Shown: positions 39,407 through 49,975, counted from the stretch's first letter. The stretch is DNA of 64,000 bases from Nitrospira sp. (GCA_965223535.1 CBDCWN010000002.1:59721-123720), one strand, 5' to 3'. Made by a program: numbers and translations. The notes: generated by a model not told the origin, from the letters alone.

Positions 39407-39623
39407 ATGGTCACGGGAGCCCTCAGGGAGCGAGTCCAAACGACGTTGGCACAACTTGGCGGTGAATGTCCGCTGGAAGAGGTCATGGACCTCTGTCCAG
39501 AGCTGACCTGGAATCAGGTGTTCCTGGCCCATTGACCATTTGAGTCAGGAAGGGCAGGTGCGTGAGACGGTGGATACCAGCAGGACCTACTGGGTCCAGG
39601 CTGCTCGCGCTAAGGGTGATTAG
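39407..39623 (+). pseudogene. Frameshifted small hypothetical gene (CPELTWNQVFLA/IDHLS)
   Basis: SD AAGGAGG. One extra C at about 39528 (CTGGCCCATTGAC) breaks the reading frame. Confidence 0.55.
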
Positions 39624-39808
39624 GGTGTGCCCCGCGTGTCGGGTGACGTGTACCCATGGGTCAGCGTGACCGGAGCGTTTCCTCAGCCTGTTTGAGCAAA
39701 CCCTGAGCCGAAGGCTCAGAGGAGAGCTCTAACTGGAGGATCTCAGGGGCTGAGTCTCTTGCCCTCTCGGAAGCAGAAACTGGGATGCCACGGAAGGCGG
39801 AGGCGCGA

Positions 39809-39985
39809 ATGGAATCTGACATTGAATTCCGAAGGCTTCAGCCCGGTACCATCGCGCCGACAACGCTCTGCGAGCACAGGCGGCTCATCGCTGAGGTTCT
39901 GACTCGAGGCGATCAACGAACAGGCAAAGTTCGTTGTCTCGAATGCCTCGCCGTGATCGACGATCCGTATCGTCGTCAGACGTAG
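39809..39985 (+). CDS. 58-aa Cys/His-containing small protein (possible Zn-binding)
   Basis: CEHRR...RCLECLAVIDDPY. SD GGAGG. Confidence 0.55.
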   Translation: MESDIEFRRLQPGTIAPTTLCEHRRLIAEVLTRGDQRTGKVRCLECLAVIDDPYRRQT

Positions 39986-40538
39986 GCATCATGCTCGGAT
40001 AAGGCCACGTGTTCATTTTTCGCCACCTTCTTTCCTACGTGAGCAAGTCGAGGAAGAAGCAAGCTCCGATCATCGTCGACATAGTGCCCTTGCAGTGGCG
40101 TGGCATGCTGAGGTCGAACAGAATGTTAAACAAGTCTTCTAGGGGTAGGGCGGGTCGATTTGATATCCCGCAAGAAGAAGGCCATTTGCCGCCAATTTCA
40201 CGATAAACCTGGTTTTTTCGTGGCGCGCTCGGCAACAGATCCGTCCATGGCCAGAATCGACAATGTTCCGGCTCTGGAACGCGTCTGGAACCAGTCAGCA
40301 GGGGCATTCGACGGGGAAACTGCCACGGCCCATCCTCAAAGTGGAAATGTGCGGTCATATTCTCAGAGTTCTAGGGCAGTTGGTCGCAGCTACCCTCCCG
40401 TTACCCCATCAGGTATGTGGCGATCATTGCACTGTCACGACTCGCTTGAGTGATGGTTAAAATCCGTCGAAGGGAACAGTCATGTGCGTGAGAAGCGAGA
40501 GTGGTGTTGTTTGCTCACCTGACTGAAAGGGGACGAAC

Positions 40539-41072
40539 ATGAGAAGAATCAATTGCTTGTTATGCGCAGTTGGGATGAGTTTCTTTCTCGTGTACGGTGT
40601 TGTCACTCTGGCTTTCGGGAAGACCGTCGAGGCTGGAGATTCCAGTGCAAGTTGGCATGGATCTGGCGAGTTCCTGGAACTTGGAAATGGAGATCAGGTT
40701 GTCAATGGGATGGTTAAAGGAGTGCTAATATCGCGGCATAAGGATGGAGGCAAGCTGATTGTACACTCATCCAAAATGACCTGTCCGGTGCGTGTGAAGC
40801 TCAACAGGGGCAAAGATTCTCTAGCGATAGATGGGCTTTGTACGATGATAGCGCATGAAGGCAAAGACATCGCGTACGGCGCTTGGAAGTGCACTGGAAC
40901 GTTGAAAGAATGTGTGGGCGATTTTACGTTTACAGGCGGATCCGGTGGATTCACTGGAATATCAGGAACCACCCCCTTCCAGACCAGTATCGTCTTTGAA
41001 TTACAGGAAGGGAAAATCGGTCAAGCCGTCGGCTATGCGGTCTGGCCGAACCTGGCATATACGTTGCCGTAG
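40539..41072 (+). CDS. Exported beta-rich hypothetical protein (177 aa)
   Basis: Signal peptide, four mature-region Cys and a GDFTFTGGSGGFTGISG motif. Confidence 0.7.
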   Translation: MRRINCLLCAVGMSFFLVYGVVTLAFGKTVEAGDSSASWHGSGEFLELGNGDQVVNGMVKGVLISRHKDGGKLIVHSSKMTCPVRVKLNRGKDSLAIDGLCTMIAHEGKDIAYGAWKCTGTLKECVGDFTFTGGSGGFTGISGTTPFQTSIVFELQEGKIGQAVGYAVWPNLAYTLP

Positions 41073-41156
41073 GGTCATTCCGTGGCACGCGCCGCTCCTC
41101 CTGGCTTGGCGTTCGACATTTGAGGTTAGACTCAAGCCTATCGAAAGGAGTGCCTA

Positions 41157-41999
41157 GGCTCAGGACTCATTAAGTTTTAGCATTCCCTTGGGAAACGAGA
41201 TGCGCTTCACTCTGGCTGGGAGGTGGCCATGAGTGACGTGTTTCTGTTGACCCGTCCGCAGTTGAAAAGGAGCACACCGTACTTCCCGGTCTCGCACGGC
41301 ATTCCGCGAGTGGATGATTTGCGGGTGCTCAGTGGGATCATCTATGTCATCCGGTACGGTCTGCAAGGGAAGGATGCGCCGAAGGCCTATGGGCCGTACA
41401 AGACGCTCTACAACCGGTTTGTGCGCTGGAACTGGGCGGGGATCTTCAACAAGATCTTCCACGAGTTGTCACGGCAGCACGAGACGACCGAGTGCCTGAT
41501 GATCGACGCCACGCATCTGAAAGCCCACCGAACGGCGGCTAGCCTGCTCAAAAAGGGGCGCTACCACGCTGTCTTGGCCGCGCGAAAGGCGGGCTGAATT
41601 CGAAGCTGCACGCCGTGTGCGACAGCACCGGCAAACCGGTGCGGCTGTTGCTGACCGCCGGGCCGACGAGCGATTACACCGGCGCGAGACACCTGCTCGC
41701 CAGTCACCCACGAACACAGCATCTGATCGCCGACCGTGGGTATGACGCCGATTGGTAGGTCGCCGCCTTGAAGAAGAACGGCATCACACCGTGCATCCCG
41801 CCGCGCAACACTCGCAAAAAGAAACGCCGTTACAGCCAACAACTCTACAAGCAACGTCACAAGATTGAGATCATGTTTGGGCGCATCAAGGATTGGCGCC
41901 GTATTGCGATGCGGTACGACCGCTGCGCCCACACGTTCTTCTCGGCCATCTGCATCGCCGCAACCGTCACCTTCTATCTCAAAGAATGAGTCCTGAGCA
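41157..41999 (+). mobile_element. IS5-family (IS427-like) element, inactivated
   Basis: IRs GCTCAGGACTCATT and AATGAGTCCTGAGC with TA duplication in a CTAG site. -1 slip site AAAAAGGGG at 41550-41558. In-frame TAG at 41756 in orfB. Confidence 0.85.
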
Positions 42000-42080
42000 T
42001 AGGGATTCTGGTAGTCCTCAGGGGATGAGAGCGTCGCTAACCTCAGTGGTGATGTGGCCAGGTGTTCGAACGCTCACGTA

Positions 42081-45000
42081 GGGGTAACGGGAGGGAAGCT
42101 GCGATGGCACGCAATAGCGAGCTCGAATCAGCCTCACACACACGTCCACATTTCGTATTGCCCCTGGCCCTCTCCTCCCACGACGGAGGGTTGAATCTAG
42201 CTATTCCGCTCATGACGCCCTAAAATTGCCCGTTCTGCCTACGTGAAGCCGTGTTGATGCGGAGGCTGGTGCGGCGATGGGCGAGGGCTATCCTCACTTT
42301 CGAGCGTCCTATACCCATGAGGAGCTCGTCGAATTCTTTCTCTTGACTCCTGCCGATCTCGAGTTGGTTTTCGGATGTCGCACCGATGTGAATCGGTGTG
42401 GGATGGCGCTCCTGCTCAAAGCCCTCGACTACTTAGGCCACGTCCCCGACGGGCTGGAGGAGGTCCCGCCGGAAGTCCGCACGTTTGTCGCCAGTCAGCT
42501 TGGTCTGTTGTGGGATTGCTCTGAGCCCTATGCCTGGGAGAGTCGCACGCGGGATCACCATCTGTCATTGATCCGACGTTATACGGGATGGCGTCCCTGC
42601 GACGCCTTCGACAAGGACGACCTCGAACAATGGTTGCAGCAAAAAGCCGCGTATGAGGTCCACACACTGGACGGCCTGTTCGCGTGCGCCTGCCACCGGC
42701 TGCGGTCTTTCCGGGTGGAATTACCTGCCGAAGGCGAACTCCAACGCGTCGTCCAGAGTGCACTGAGCGGGTTTTTTCAGGATACCCAACGGCACATCGC
42801 GGCCGCCATTCCTCCCGAGGTGCGCCTCCGCATCGACGCTCTCTTAGTGGTGCCTGAGGGACGCGTCATCTCCGAGTTTGAACGGATCAAGGCGGATCCC
42901 GGGAAACCAGGGGTCGGTCAATTTGAAGCCGAGGTGGAGAAGCTGCGGGCGATTCGCGCCGTGGGGCTGTCGCCGGATCCGTTTGAGCGCGTCCCGTGGA
43001 AAGTGCTCCAGACCTTGCGACGGCGGGCGATGAACGAGAAGGCCAGCGACATGCGCGAGCACAGCGACGAGATCCGGTATGCCCTGATGGGGTCTGTGCT
43101 CCACATGCGAGGCCTGGAAGTGACCGATGACGTGACCCGCATGGCCATTGAACTCATCCACCGCCTCGACGTGCGCTCAGAGAAGCAGCTTCACCGCGAG
43201 TGGTTGGCCGATCTCCAACGCGTGGATGGCAAGCTGCAGATTTTGTCGACAGTCGCCAAGGCCGTCATTGAGTCTCCGGATGGGATTGTTCGTGAGGTGC
43301 TCTTCCCACGCGTGAAGGAGGAAACGTTTCAGCACCTGGTGGCCGAGTTTGATCTGACCGGACCCAATCTGCGTCTGCTTCGACAAGCCATCATGCAGCG
43401 TAAGTTTGCGCGTCACTACCGGCGCATCCTGCCCCTCCTCCTGGAGACCCTCACCTTTCGGAGCGACAATCGCTTTCAGCCCGTCCTCGATGCGCTGGCT
43501 CCCATTCAACGACATGTGCAGAGCTCCCATCGATACTTCCCGGCGGAGGAAACAATCCCGCTCGAGGGGGTTGTCACCCCAGCCTGGGAAGAGAAGGTGT
43601 GTGACGCGATCGCAGGTGAACGGAAGATCCATCGGCGGTATTACGAACTCTGCGTGCTCCAGAAACTTCAGCGGGCGCTGAAATGCAAGGAGATTTGGGT
43701 CGAAGGATCCTACGCCTTTCGCAATCCAAGCGAGGATATGCCGCGTGACTGGGGTGATGAGCCGCGCCGCCGGCTCCACTACGAAGCGTTGGGCAAGCCG
43801 GTGGATGCACAGACGTTCGTGCGCACGCTCAAGACACGCCTGGTGGAGAGCTTAACCGCCTTCAACCGCACCATGCCACAACTGAATCATGTGCGCATCT
43901 TCCATCCCAATAAGAATGAGGAGCGTGGCTTATGGGCGCTCACCAAGCTGGAGCGACAGCCTGAAGCGCACAGTCTTGGCCTCATCAAAGAGGCGATCAC
44001 CACGCAGTACGGAATTTTGGACTTGCTCGATGTGTTCGTGGAAGCCGATCGGCTGGTCGACTTCACGCGCTTCTTTACGCATTCCGGTACCAAGGAAGTG
44101 CGTTCCCGCGAGGCATTGCGTCCCTTATTGATCCTGGATCTGTTTGCCGAAGGGACGAACACGGGCATCCGGCGGGTGGCCAACGCCAACCACCACTACA
44201 GCTACGACGAGCTCCTGTATGTGCGCAAGATGTACTTCTCGCCGGAGGCGCTGCGCAACGCCAATGCCGCTGTAGTCAATCGACTCCTGGCGTTGCGGAA
44301 CCCACAGCTCTGGGGTCAGGGCGCCAGCAGTTGTGCATCGGATGCCACCAAATTTGAGAGTTGGAAGCAGAACCCCATGACCGAGTGGCGAGCCCGGTAC
44401 AACGGCTACGGGGTCATGGTCTATTGGCACGTGGAGACCAACGCCGTCTGCATTTACTCGCAGCTGAAGAGTTTTTCCAACTCCGAGGTGGCGGCCATGA
44501 TCGAAGGCCTCGTGCGCCACGACACGGATATGCGGGTCGAGAAGAATTTCGTGGACAGTCACGGTCAATCAGAGGTCGCCTTTGCGTTTTGCGACCTGCT
44601 CAGCACCGTGCGCCTCATGCCGCGGCTCAAGCGCATCAAATATGAGCGCCTGTATCTGCCCGGCCCTGGGACGGCTGCGGAATATCCCCATCTCGCCGGC
44701 ACCTTTGCTCGGCCCATCCGGTTTGAATGGATCGAACAGCAATACGATGAGATGGTGAAGGCCACCGTGGCCCTCAAGCAGGGCACGGCCAGCGCGGACG
44801 CGATTCTGAAGCGCTATAACTCGTATAACCGGACGCACCCGACCTACAAAGCGTTGACCGAGCTGGGCAAGGCCGCCAAGACCCTGTTTCTGTGCCAGTA
44901 CCTGTCCTCCCGCGAGACCCAGCGCGAAGTGCACGAAGGGCTGAATGTCGTGGAAAACTGGAATGCGACGAATGACTTTATCTGCTACGGTCGCCAAGGC

Positions 45001-45329
45001 GAGTTGGCAACCAACAGCCGTGAACAACAAGAAGTGGTGACGCTCTCGTTGCAGTTACTGCAAAACTGCTTGATGCTGATCAACACGATTCTGGTCGAGC
45101 GCACGATTGAACAGGAAGGACTCTGGGGACGGCTCAGCGCCGAGGATCATCGGGCCCTGACGCCGCTGTTCCATGGGCACATCAATCCATATGGCCAGTT
45201 CACGCTCGATCTGGCACGCCCGTCATTTTTGAGGGCAGCCTAGTGACTCCAGTCACCAGGACGCAACTATACTGCGTCGCTGAAGTGGAGGGCTGTTGCG
45301 TGCCATCGCAGCTTCCCTCCCGTTACCCC
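42081..45329 (+). mobile_element. Resolvase-less Tn3-family element A, copy 2 (3249 bp)
   Basis: Same IRs (42081-42118, 45292-45329), same length and same translated TnpA as copy 1, in opposite orientation. Confidence 0.93.
42277..45243 (+). CDS. tnpA: Tn3-family transposase (element A)
   Basis: 988 aa, translation matches 9926-12892. Confidence 0.95.
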   Translation: MGEGYPHFRASYTHEELVEFFLLTPADLELVFGCRTDVNRCGMALLLKALDYLGHVPDGLEEVPPEVRTFVASQLGLLWDCSEPYAWESRTRDHHLSLIRRYTGWRPCDAFDKDDLEQWLQQKAAYEVHTLDGLFACACHRLRSFRVELPAEGELQRVVQSALSGFFQDTQRHIAAAIPPEVRLRIDALLVVPEGRVISEFERIKADPGKPGVGQFEAEVEKLRAIRAVGLSPDPFERVPWKVLQTLRRRAMNEKASDMREHSDEIRYALMGSVLHMRGLEVTDDVTRMAIELIHRLDVRSEKQLHREWLADLQRVDGKLQILSTVAKAVIESPDGIVREVLFPRVKEETFQHLVAEFDLTGPNLRLLRQAIMQRKFARHYRRILPLLLETLTFRSDNRFQPVLDALAPIQRHVQSSHRYFPAEETIPLEGVVTPAWEEKVCDAIAGERKIHRRYYELCVLQKLQRALKCKEIWVEGSYAFRNPSEDMPRDWGDEPRRRLHYEALGKPVDAQTFVRTLKTRLVESLTAFNRTMPQLNHVRIFHPNKNEERGLWALTKLERQPEAHSLGLIKEAITTQYGILDLLDVFVEADRLVDFTRFFTHSGTKEVRSREALRPLLILDLFAEGTNTGIRRVANANHHYSYDELLYVRKMYFSPEALRNANAAVVNRLLALRNPQLWGQGASSCASDATKFESWKQNPMTEWRARYNGYGVMVYWHVETNAVCIYSQLKSFSNSEVAAMIEGLVRHDTDMRVEKNFVDSHGQSEVAFAFCDLLSTVRLMPRLKRIKYERLYLPGPGTAAEYPHLAGTFARPIRFEWIEQQYDEMVKATVALKQGTASADAILKRYNSYNRTHPTYKALTELGKAAKTLFLCQYLSSRETQREVHEGLNVVENWNATNDFICYGRQGELATNSREQQEVVTLSLQLLQNCLMLINTILVERTIEQEGLWGRLSAEDHRALTPLFHGHINPYGQFTLDLARPSFLRAA

Positions 45330-45585
45330 TCATGATGATGTCATCCTCGCGCAAGCGCCGGGGCCTCCAGCTGGGCGCCTATCTGCCAATGGAGACCTCA
45401 TCGACGCCTGGCCGTTCGCTGCCACTTTTGCTCCTTCCGCTCAGCAAGACTTGACTTCCCGTACGACAGAATTATCACACATCCTAGTTGGCGGAATCGT
45501 CAGGCTCCCATTGGATGATGGCACCGCACGACGATCTCACCGCCAGTAATAGTTTGCTCAATCCACCAACTTCAAGGAGGGACGT

Positions 45586-45972
45586 ATGAAAGTCACAGCT
45601 GTTCTCTGCGCGCTGTCCCTGCTGATTGGCGGGGTGGCGCTCATGCCCACTTCTGTCTCAGGAGCGCCCTGGATCTCGGGAGCGGAGACCTATGCCGCAC
45701 CCTGGGTGAAGGACATGGAGCACGAACTGTTGAAGAAAGACTATTGGCCGATCTACGCCAATGATCCGCGGACTCCTCAGATGGTTGCCCTTCGCCTGTT
45801 GAATCAGGCCGCCAAGGCGCAGGAGGCGAATGATCCCGCGCTGGCGCAGCAACTCGTGCAGGATGCGCTCGAAGTGTTTGAAGAAGGCGTGCGGCGACAC
45901 TATTACTCAGCCTCGGAGATTCAACCAATCACGAGCTTTATTCGTGAACATGCTCCAGGTACGAGCAGTTAA
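45586..45972 (+). CDS. Exported hypothetical helical protein (128 aa)
   Basis: SD AAGGAGG and a signal peptide (MKVTAVLCALSLLIGGVAL). Confidence 0.65.
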   Translation: MKVTAVLCALSLLIGGVALMPTSVSGAPWISGAETYAAPWVKDMEHELLKKDYWPIYANDPRTPQMVALRLLNQAAKAQEANDPALAQQLVQDALEVFEEGVRRHYYSASEIQPITSFIREHAPGTSS

Positions 45973-46083
45973 CATCTCTGGCCGCGATGGCTGTCCATCG
46001 CGGCCTCTACCCTATGAGGGGAACCAGGGCAATTGATCTATTTCTTCATCGCAAGTGAGAAGATGATCATCGCGAGGTGACAT

Positions 46084-46311
46084 ATGACATGCGAACGCTG
46101 CAAGGGGCTCTTCATTCCCGTGTCGTTCGTGGGGAGCGATGACGCGGGTCGTGCGTGGGAATACGATGGGCTGAAGTGTGTGAACTGTGGCCATATCACC
46201 GATCCGCTGCTCGAGAAAAACCGGGAGCGTCGACCGCAGAACCTCGTGCGGCAGTACTCGGGAGCTAGCCGGGTGATGAAGGCCGATGTGGGGACCGTGC
46301 ACGCGGCTTAA
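46084..46311 (+). CDS. Small Zn-ribbon-like protein
   Basis: MTCERCKG...KCVNCGHITDP (two CxxC). SD GAGGTGA. Confidence 0.7.
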   Translation: MTCERCKGLFIPVSFVGSDDAGRAWEYDGLKCVNCGHITDPLLEKNRERRPQNLVRQYSGASRVMKADVGTVHAA

Positions 46312-46377
46312 TCGGATAGCACGGGGTTGTGATCCAAACATTGTTTTCTCCTACAGATGATGTGGAGGGCGACGACC

Positions 46378-47886
46378 ATGAAGCGAGTCAATCGGCTGAG
46401 CCAGCGGCTCTGGAATGTGTTCTTCGTGCCAATCGTGATGGTCTTCTTGTTTGGAACGGTGAAGTGTTCGCAGCTGGCGGACCAGAGTGTGCAGGCACCG
46501 GTGGCCATGGCTGCCCAAGAGACCGCTCAGAGTCCAGCTGCCCCGGTTGTCTCAGATCAACCCTTTATCGCCGTCGCCAACCAGGCCAAGGCCGCGGTCG
46601 TGAATATCTCGTCGGTCAAGAAACGGGGCACTCAACGGTTCGAGACGCCGTTCTTTGACGATCCCTTTTTCCGCCGCTTCTTCGGAGAAGAATTCGAACG
46701 ACGGAATCCCCCGCCTCGCGAGCACCAGGAACAGGGGCTCGGGTCTGGTGTGCTGGTCACTCCGGATGGCTACATCATCACGAACAATCACGTCGTCGAC
46801 GGAGCCGATGAACTAAATGTCTCCTTACCGGATAAACGAACGTTCAAAGCCACGGTGATCGGGACAGACCCCAAAACCGATGTGGCGGTGGTCAAGATCG
46901 AGGCCTCCAATCTCCCCGTCCTTCCGTGGGGGGATGCGAGTCAGCTGCAGGTGGGAGAAATGGTCCTGGCGGTGGGCAATCCCTTCGGGTTGAACCAGAC
47001 GGTGACGATGGGGATCATCAGCGCGGTCGGGCGGGCCAATATGGGCATCGTGGACTATGAGGATTTTATCCAAACCGACGCGGCGATCAATCCCGGCAAT
47101 TCCGGTGGCGCCCTAGTAAACCTCAAGGGTGAGCTAATCGGCATTAATAGCGCGATTTTTTCTCGGAACGGTGGGTTCATGGGCATCGGCTTTGCCATCC
47201 CCAGTAACATGGCCAAAAGTGTGATGGAGAGCCTCATCAACCATGGCAAGGTCGTGCGAGGATGGTTGGGCGTGTCCATCCAAGAGGTGACGCAAGATCT
47301 TGCCAAGGAGTTTGGCGCAGCCAGTACCGCCGGTGCGTTGGTGGGTGACATTGTGGAGGATGGTCCCGCCGCGAAGGCCAAGGTCCAGCGCGGCGACATT
47401 CTGACTGCCTATAACGGCACGACGATCCGCGATCCGGGCCACTTACGGTCCCTGGTGGCTGAGACCGCACCGGGCACGGACGTGACGGTCTCGGTTTTCC
47501 GGGACAAGCGCGCGCAGGACCTGCGGGTGACGATCGGTGAGATGCCCACAGAGTTCGCCACCGCCGGTCGTCGAGGGGGAGCTGGCAGCAAGGGTGACCA
47601 TGCTCTTGCAGGGGTGACCGTTGAAAACGTCTCGAAACCGTCGGAACGCTTCGGCCGGTCCACGGTGCAATCTGGCGTGGTCATCACCAACATCGACGCC
47701 GACAGTCCGGCGGAACGAGCGGGACTCCGAAGCGGCGACGTGATCCGCGAAATCAACCGCAAGCCGGTGAAGGATGTCCGGGATTTTGAGCGACTCACCA
47801 GTCAGCTGCGTCCCAAGGCGTCGGTTCTGCTCCTGCTCCATCGGGGGAACGCGACCATCTTCTTGTCGATTACACCGGATGGCTAG
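46378..47886 (+). CDS. degP: HtrA/DegP (Do-type) serine protease with two PDZ domains
   Basis: Catalytic triad TNNHVV, PKTDVAV and GNSGG. Two PDZ-like domains. SD GGAGG before the ATG at 46378. Confidence 0.95.
   Translation: MKRVNRLSQRLWNVFFVPIVMVFLFGTVKCSQLADQSVQAPVAMAAQETAQSPAAPVVSDQPFIAVANQAKAAVVNISSVKKRGTQRFETPFFDDPFFRRFFGEEFERRNPPPREHQEQGLGSGVLVTPDGYIITNNHVVDGADELNVSLPDKRTFKATVIGTDPKTDVAVVKIEASNLPVLPWGDASQLQVGEMVLAVGNPFGLNQTVTMGIISAVGRANMGIVDYEDFIQTDAAINPGNSGGALVNLKGELIGINSAIFSRNGGFMGIGFAIPSNMAKSVMESLINHGKVVRGWLGVSIQEVTQDLAKEFGAASTAGALVGDIVEDGPAAKAKVQRGDILTAYNGTTIRDPGHLRSLVAETAPGTDVTVSVFRDKRAQDLRVTIGEMPTEFATAGRRGGAGSKGDHALAGVTVENVSKPSERFGRSTVQSGVVITNIDADSPAERAGLRSGDVIREINRKPVKDVRDFERLTSQLRPKASVLLLLHRGNATIFLSITPDG
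46819..47000. repeat. 182-bp perfect inverted repeat shared with 55654-55835 (inside two degP paralogs)
   Basis: Base-by-base comparison shows an identical tract, with synonymous differences immediately on both sides. Confidence 0.9.
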
Positions 47887-48109
47887 GCGCCCGTTGCTGT
47901 CACCGAGCAATGAGCGGTCTTGAATGTGGCCTGCTTGTCTCGATGAGCGCGATGCGCCATCGCAATGCAGATGTTGGGCACCTCATGGTCAAGTCGGCAC
48001 ACCGTGTGAATCGCAGGGAGTGCGGCTGACCGATGATCCGTCTCCCCCCCACCGATTACGACGGACGGTTGGGTGATGAATGTGTGGCCGAAGAGGAGGT
48101 TGGTTCCAC

Positions 48110-49732
48110 ATGATGACCTCATCGTCATCGAGCGCATTTCATCCCACCCTGGCGATCCTGTGGGTCGGAGTGTTGTTCACCTTTTTTGCCGCGGTCTTCG
48201 TCGCTACCGGACAGCGTCCCCCCACGCGCACTAACTGGTTTGGAGTCCGGACGCTCAAATGGGTGTCCATGATGAGATTGGTGGTTGTAGCCGCAGGGTT
48301 TGCGACGGGCTTGACGACGGCACACCCCTTGATCGACAAAAACTACGCGGCGGTATTCGTCACCACCTCTGGCTGGTTGCTTATCGCAAAACTAACGATG
48401 ACGTGTCTCATGCTGGCCATCGCCTTACGAATCCATGTTGTTTCGTTGCCGACCATTGCCAAAGATCAGGAATCGGCGACCACTGCGAAGTGCAGCCTCC
48501 GCCGATGGGTCGTCATCGAGGGTGTGTTGACACTGGCGCTGATCTGGGCGGGACACGTGGTGGCAAATGAACACCCGCCCAATCACGCCGTCATTCACAA
48601 CTGGCCCTATCCCTTTCGCTTCTCCATCATGAACACCTGGGGCATGGGCATGCTGGACGCGGTGATCGGGGTCTGGGTTGCGATGGTTCTGCTCATCGTG
48701 GCAGGGGCCATCGCGTTACTTGGCCAGATGAAACGCTGGAGACCAAGTCGGCGAATCGCGCTACCGGTCGCTCTCACAATGTCAGCACTCGTCGTTGGGT
48801 TATACGCCGTGGCCGTTGAGGCCTTTCCGGAAACCTATCGGCCCACGCCGGTACCGTTCAAAGCCGAATCGATCGCGCACGCCATGACCCTCTTTGCTGA
48901 CAACTGCGTCCCCTGCCACGGACATCAGGCAAAAGGTGACGGGATCTTGGCCAAAACCATGCCGAAAAAACCGATCGATTTACTCACGGAACCTCACGCG
49001 ACCATGCATACGCCAGGAGATTTTTTCCACTGGCTCACCAATGGTGTTCCTGGAACAGGCATGCCGGCATGGGGTGAAAAATTTTCCGACAAAGAGCGTT
49101 GGGACCTTGTCAACCTCATCCATGCCATTAACCGAGGCTATCAAGCGCGCATTATGACTACTCGGATCCTCCCCAATCAACCATTTCTCGCCCCTCCAGG
49201 CTTCTCCTATACCACCCATGACGGAACCACCGGCAGATTGAAGGACTTCCGTGGAGAAAAAGCCGTCCTCCTGGTCCTGTTTTCCTGGCCAGACTCACGT
49301 GAACGGCTCGATCAACTCCGGCTCGCCTATCCGGCGTTACGAGACCACAAGGCCGAGGTATTAGCCGTACCCCTAACGGAGCTCACTTCGCAGCAGATCG
49401 CCGATATTGGAAAGGACTTCCCTTTCCCCTTGGTTGAAAAAGAAGCAGCCGAGATCGCCCGCACCTATTCGCTGTTCCGCAGGACGATCTCTCATCCCGA
49501 CTTGATGGGTCCGGCAACCGTCCCAAAGCACATGGAGTTCTTATTCGACCGATTCGGATATCTGCGGGCACGGTGGATCCCGGAAACCGATGGATCTGAC
49601 TGGAACGATATCGAATTCGTGACGCAACAGGTGGATCAATTGCATCAGGAACCGGAAATTATGCCTCCACCTCCCGACTATGTGCAGGAGTCCGGACATG
49701 ACATGCACATGATGGGCGGGATGAAGATGTAA
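48110..49732 (+). CDS. CopD-like membrane domain, cytochrome c and thioredoxin/peroxiredoxin-like fusion
   Basis: TM helices with LLIAKL, heme motif CVPCHG, GTGMPAW, LKDFRGEKAVLLVLF...EFLFDRFGYLRARW and a C-terminal HDMHMMGGMKM. Confidence 0.72.
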   Translation: MMTSSSSSAFHPTLAILWVGVLFTFFAAVFVATGQRPPTRTNWFGVRTLKWVSMMRLVVVAAGFATGLTTAHPLIDKNYAAVFVTTSGWLLIAKLTMTCLMLAIALRIHVVSLPTIAKDQESATTAKCSLRRWVVIEGVLTLALIWAGHVVANEHPPNHAVIHNWPYPFRFSIMNTWGMGMLDAVIGVWVAMVLLIVAGAIALLGQMKRWRPSRRIALPVALTMSALVVGLYAVAVEAFPETYRPTPVPFKAESIAHAMTLFADNCVPCHGHQAKGDGILAKTMPKKPIDLLTEPHATMHTPGDFFHWLTNGVPGTGMPAWGEKFSDKERWDLVNLIHAINRGYQARIMTTRILPNQPFLAPPGFSYTTHDGTTGRLKDFRGEKAVLLVLFSWPDSRERLDQLRLAYPALRDHKAEVLAVPLTELTSQQIADIGKDFPFPLVEKEAAEIARTYSLFRRTISHPDLMGPATVPKHMEFLFDRFGYLRARWIPETDGSDWNDIEFVTQQVDQLHQEPEIMPPPPDYVQESGHDMHMMGGMKM

Positions 49733-49975
49733 CTGCCTGAGCTGATCGATCGGTATGTGACGCCCGCGAAGAACCCAAGAACCAACGGAGCACGTCGGGT
49801 GGGGGAAACCGGTGCAGCCCCAGCAGCCGCGGCAACAGCGCCCAGCGCATGAGGGTTGGTAGACAAGATCCCCGTCGTGAGTGCAACGACAGGCTGCCGT
49901 CCAAAACCGCCAATCGCCGATATCTTGGCATCACACCCTTCTCGAGCTTTCTTTACGTCGATCGATCCGTAGGGA

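Noticed and set aside
40009-40460. Several 65-107 aa ORFs
   Set aside because: Mutually overlapping, no SD or motif support; treated as decayed intergenic DNA.
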